Assembly (NCBI GenBank): GCA_021432655.1
Contig: MU271322.1
Location: forward strand, 1 to 64,000
Length of the DNA stretch: 64,000 nucleotides
Direction: 5' to 3'
Source: Atractiella rhizophila
Taxonomy: Eukaryota
How positions within the stretch are numbered: the stretch's first letter is position 1; each line of letters starts with the position of its first letter. The notes beneath the pieces are model-generated. The model saw only the letters and a program-made list of their open reading frames with translations. It did no database searches and was not told the origin of the DNA. Below, piece by piece: positions 59,713 through 64,000 of this stretch. The translations under genes were made by a program, and so were the position numbers.

Positions 59713-61141
59713 CTAACCAGACTGATCCCAGCTGTTAAATATTACTCCTTGAACGAGGGAGAAACTCACTCCAGGCTTGAACTTCTTGCCGTACACCTTC
59801 TCCTGAAACACGTCGTATAAGCTGAGCACACCAGCCCCCGCGACTCCTCTCAGAATATTTGCTGCTCCGCCTCTGAAGAAAGTCTTCATCCCTATTCATC
59901 CTTCAGTCCTCTTGCAGCGGGGAGGTGAGAAAAGCATGCCTTCCGCCTGGTATATCTTTACAGTGCAATCTATCATGTTTTTATACCTTACCCCGTCCTG
60001 GGTTCAAATAGGTTGGTAAACCATGACTAATAGTGGATGGAAATACATACCTCTGATCCCACTGTCATCATCATCCGCCTTCTTACCGTGTCAAGAGGGT
60101 ATGCGAGCAGTCCGGCACTCGTGGTGGCAACCCAACCTATCACGGAGCATGTCTCAGACCTGGAAAAAGACGCTGAGGGAAGTTATTCACCAAGTAAGAA
60201 TGATAACACGAAGTTGCCCTCCAGCTTTCCAACCAACATAGTTTCTTTGAGAGTGTCGTATCCTCCGAAGTATGCGCCACGGTAAACGAAGATCCCGATA
60301 ACGCTGGGAACAAAGCCTCTATAAAGGCCAGCGACACCTTCCGCTTTAAGCGTCTTCTTGTATACATCTACGAGACCGTTGAACTGCCTCTCGCCACCTG
60401 AATCAATGCCAAAATAATTATCAGCAAGGCAGAGAACATAAATAGGCAGGAATCGAGCACCTTTCTTCTTCCCATCTGCGGACAATCTTGTTCTAGCATA
60501 GTCGAGAGAATAAACGAAGACACTGCTGGACATTCCTGCCAGTCCTCCGCTCATTACATTTCCATATGCCCGTTTAGCTAAGCCTTCATCTTTCTTATAG
60601 CTGAACATCTGCTTGAACGTATCCTTGAATGCGAAATTGAGCGCTTGCGTCGGGAAGTCTGCAAGCGCAACCAGCTCCATCAACATTGACTAGAGGGAAA
60701 GAATCGATGGTGGAAGCATACACCGAATGCAATTCGTTCCATTTCCTCTCCAAACTACGCAACGAATCAGCTGCTCTCCAGGTAGAAAGGAGAAGGAAAC
60801 CCACGAGAGAGAATGCCTTCTTCCCTCGCTACCCTCACGCCGCAATCGATGACCCCTTTGTAAGGTCTGCACACGTCAATGCAAACTCGCCTAAAAATAT
60901 GAAAACGCACTTGTCCAATCTTCCTGTTCTTATCAGGTCTCCTTGATTCTGCAACAACAGCTTCACGCGTTCAATTGGCGCTGCTCCCGTCTTCGAAATG
61001 ACCGCCGCGGTACCTCCCATGGTCAGATCAACTATTACATGAGTTAGCAGGTTAGTCTTGGGAAACGAGTTTTAGGATGAATGACGAACCGAAGAAATTC
61101 TTGACGTTAGCCTCCTTCTTGACAGGTGTTGAAGCGCTCAT
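59713..61141 (-). CDS. AAC: Mitochondrial ADP/ATP carrier; multi-exon
   Basis: [66 protein letters not shown] (AAC signature), [17 protein letters not shown]; ends KPG|SG*. Confidence 0.96.
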
Positions 61142-61256
61142 CGTAACAATAACAATCTTTCTTGGGTAAGTCTAAAACCTAAAACCCAACTGAGTAGTGA
61201 ATACTAGTCTGATAAATAGATCTGATGTGTGTAAATAATGACCTGTAGTGCTGGCC

Positions 61257-61263
61257 TTTTATA
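61257..61263 (-). promoter_or_regulatory. Candidate TATA box of the ADP/ATP carrier
   Basis: TATAAAA on the minus strand about 120 nt upstream of the ATG. Confidence 0.5.
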
Positions 61264-63156
61264 CTTTGTTGAAATTTTCCATTTTTGTCACGCGTCATGC
61301 ACAAAGCGCACGACCCATCCCGCTTTCCGCCAATTGTCGGGTCATACCTCCAGGGAGCCAGCACGTAACTTGTGTTTGGACAGGCAGGAGCGGTCCGTCG
61401 GGGGAAGCCAGGAGTCCTTCCGTGTTTCCTTGCATATGCTCTTGCATTCAGAATATTCAGAGTTGCACTTCCACGAATGCCAAGTTGCGAGTCAGTCGGC
61501 GCCGACATGTCAGAAAGCGCTGCATGAGCTCGATGAGCTCCTAAGTTATCAAACGTTCAAATGACGCAAGGAGCGCATCATTATCAAGGATTCACGGATC
61601 GGGTCCTTGCAAGTGCAACGATATGAAGATTGCAACCTGTGCCCAGAGCGCTTTAAGTCAAATTTTGCCAACAGCGTTTTCATACACCGGCAACGAATTT
61701 CCAGCAACATTGTGCGTGAATCTGCATTTTGCGTTCGCATTCGCAAACGTATGATCATCCTCCTTAAATCTTGAACGAAATTAAACATCGTTGCGGGAAA
61801 CCCTCGAATTCGGACGAATTCGAACTTTGACGACATCTCGGCGTCTTCCTGTTCTGGAAGTTTTGACACACGTCTCGACTCTCTCGAGTGTTTTTGATTA
61901 TTGATTTATCAGTTTTGTCTTCCTTAATATTACTGCGCACTCTGACATGCAACTTGGAATATCACATCAATCGTCTCAGCCGTGTATGCGACAGATTGAC
62001 AGGTTCTCTTCTTCCTGCCTTTTATACTTTTCGCATTAAAGGCACTCCCATGCGCTTGCGCTTCTACCGCGATAGATCTTCATCGATAGTGTCAGTAGTA
62101 GATTCCAGCTTTTAAAAAATAATTATAGAGGTATACTTACTCGAATGAGAGGAGAACTTGAATGCCTCGGTCTGTGTTCATTAACCATCTTCAATTCTGC
62201 TGAGTCTGATTTCTGAAATACTGAACAAACGTTTGCTGGGCTAGCAATAATGCTGTCTTTAAAGTATTTTTCATTTATGCTTATTCATTACATACATCGT
62301 TTCTTGCGTATTCCTAGCAAGGCCTTGCGTCCACAGGCCTAAGAGTTAAACAATTTAAATGGACTGTTTAGGCTAGCCACATGACGCTAGTCAGCTTAAA
62401 ACAACGATTTTCAAACAGTTTTATAACGATAGGCAAAAGAGGCTCAGGCAAAATGATACGCCACGGATAACTCGACAACTAATACATTGTGTCATTTGCA
62501 ACAGCATATTCCGCCATTTGTTTGACTAGGTTCGATTTCATTAAACTGAGGAAACTCTTTCTAAAGCGGCTCAATGTAGTCCTCAACGTGATAGATTTCA
62601 TCATTCTCACTGCCCGTCGCTCACACTGTGCAGCTGACCTTGCACCACACCGTTTCGTGTTCCGTGGGTTAGGGTCTGCGTGTCAAAACCTGGCAGCAGT
62701 CTCGCGTATACACACGGGCTCTAGGTATTCACGAGCGCAGTGACGCGTTGCAACTACATCTGGTTGACATCCAGTTGTTTCCAGTCTGCTTACACGCTTG
62801 TCCTTTCCACCTTTTTCCCGGTTGACATTTTGTCGCATATTCTTCACGGATATAGGATACCGATTGCAAATGTGTCTCGAGGCTGATTGTAATGCACCCT
62901 CACGGAGGGAGATGGTGGCTTACGCAAGCCCGGGCCCCTTACGCCTACTTAGAGGAGTGGTACGCAGACAGTCAGCAGGTAATGGCTTTGGAGGTGGTGT
63001 CTGACAAGGGCTTGACGTAAGCTCCGTCTTCTCCTGTGGTCACTTTGTCACTCAAATCTTCAGCTTCATCGTCGATTTAAAAGTCCGGAAGTGTGCCTTC
63101 ATATCCCTTCATCTTACTTTCTTAGACTTTTCACAAGAGTTGTTACTAGAGTTACG

Positions 63157-64000
63157 ATGGGCAAATCATACGCTGTTACCGGGTCCGCTCGCGGTTTGGG
63201 TCTAGCATGGGTTCTAAAGCTCTCGTCAGACCCCTCCAACGTCGTCTTTGCACTCGCTCGAAACACAAATAAAGCGGAAAAACTTATTGCAATTGCGAAG
63301 GAGAGACAAAATGTGGTTGTGGTGCAGGCGGACACTTCAGTCAGGGAAGAGATTGAGAGAGCGGTGGAGGAGGTGAAAGGCAAATTCGGAGAGAAGGGTT
63401 TGGACGTTCTTGTCAATAAGTAAGATCTGGCCATTGCTTCTAGCGTATGGTTGCTCATCGACAATGAACGTAACAGCGCCGGGATCGCGCAGACCGCGGG
63501 ACTCAAAGGTCACCCAGCACAAGTTCCGTTCACTTCGATAGGAGCCGACGAGTTTACCGAGCTAGTGCGTTATTCTCTGTCGTTGTTCCTTCTCATAGGA
63601 TAACGATTTTCATAACAGTTTCGAGTAAATACAGTCGGCCCCATCTTGACAACTGAACTCTTTCTGCCGCTCCTACGCGAGGGAACTGACAAGAAGATAG
63701 TAGTAATCAGCTCAGACTTGGGCTTGCAAAATACCATCAATCCTGACGATAAGTTTGATGTGGGGAACATAGGGTCATGGGGAGCATATGCGGTATCCAA
63801 GAACGCGTTGAATATGGCCGTGAAGAAGTTGGCGTTGGAGCTGAGGAAGGAGGGTTTTGTATTCGGGCTCTTTAACGTGAGCCTTCACCTAGTCCTAGCC
63901 CTTCTGTTTTGAACCCACCGCTAACTGGGATTGGATAGCCTGGATGGGTGCGAACCGACATGGGAGGAAGCCAAGCTCACCTTTCCGCGGAAGAAAGTGT
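63157..64000 (+). CDS. Short-chain dehydrogenase/reductase (sniffer/C-factor-like); runs off the window end
   Basis: VTGSARGLG (TGxxxGxG), LDVLVN|NAG-type motif, KIVVISS, YAVSK (YxxxK), PGWVRTDMGG. Confidence 0.93.

Noticed and set aside
1..64000. Transposons, CRISPR arrays, tRNA/rRNA genes, secondary-metabolite backbone genes, bacterial or viral inserts
   Set aside because: No RT, integrase or transposase motifs, regular repeat-spacer arrays, cloverleafs or PKS/NRPS/terpene synthase motifs were recognised; nearly all genes carry spliceosomal introns.

Overview
Gene-dense, intron-rich eukaryotic DNA from a fungus. Introns are mostly about 45-60 nt with loose GT donors and CTRAY branch sites. 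The gene content (CYP63/CYP52-like P450, DUF6534- and DUF6593-like genes, expanded F-box-like genes) points to a basidiomycete, possibly Pucciniomycotina; this is inference. About 29 protein-coding genes were assembled by hand. Conserved housekeeping and trafficking genes: BET1-like SNARE, MRH-domain receptor, DOP1, MDM35, CorA/MNR2-like, SRO7-like and an ADP/ATP carrier. There are also three MFS transporters and several enzymes (P450, ALKBH6-like, Tyr-type GST, SDR, APH-like kinase). An accessory block at about 36.7-46.4 kb holds four co-oriented F-box-like genes lying head-to-head with a divergent CK2-alpha-like kinase. No tRNA, rRNA, CRISPR array or transposase/RT ORF was recognised. The most notable structures are a 350-bp tandem duplication of the ALKBH6-like promoter and first exon joined by an A16 tract, a 430-nt intron in an atypical PIP kinase that seems to hold an antisense gene fragment, and the F-box array/kinase block. 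Exon boundaries are manual and no database searches were run.
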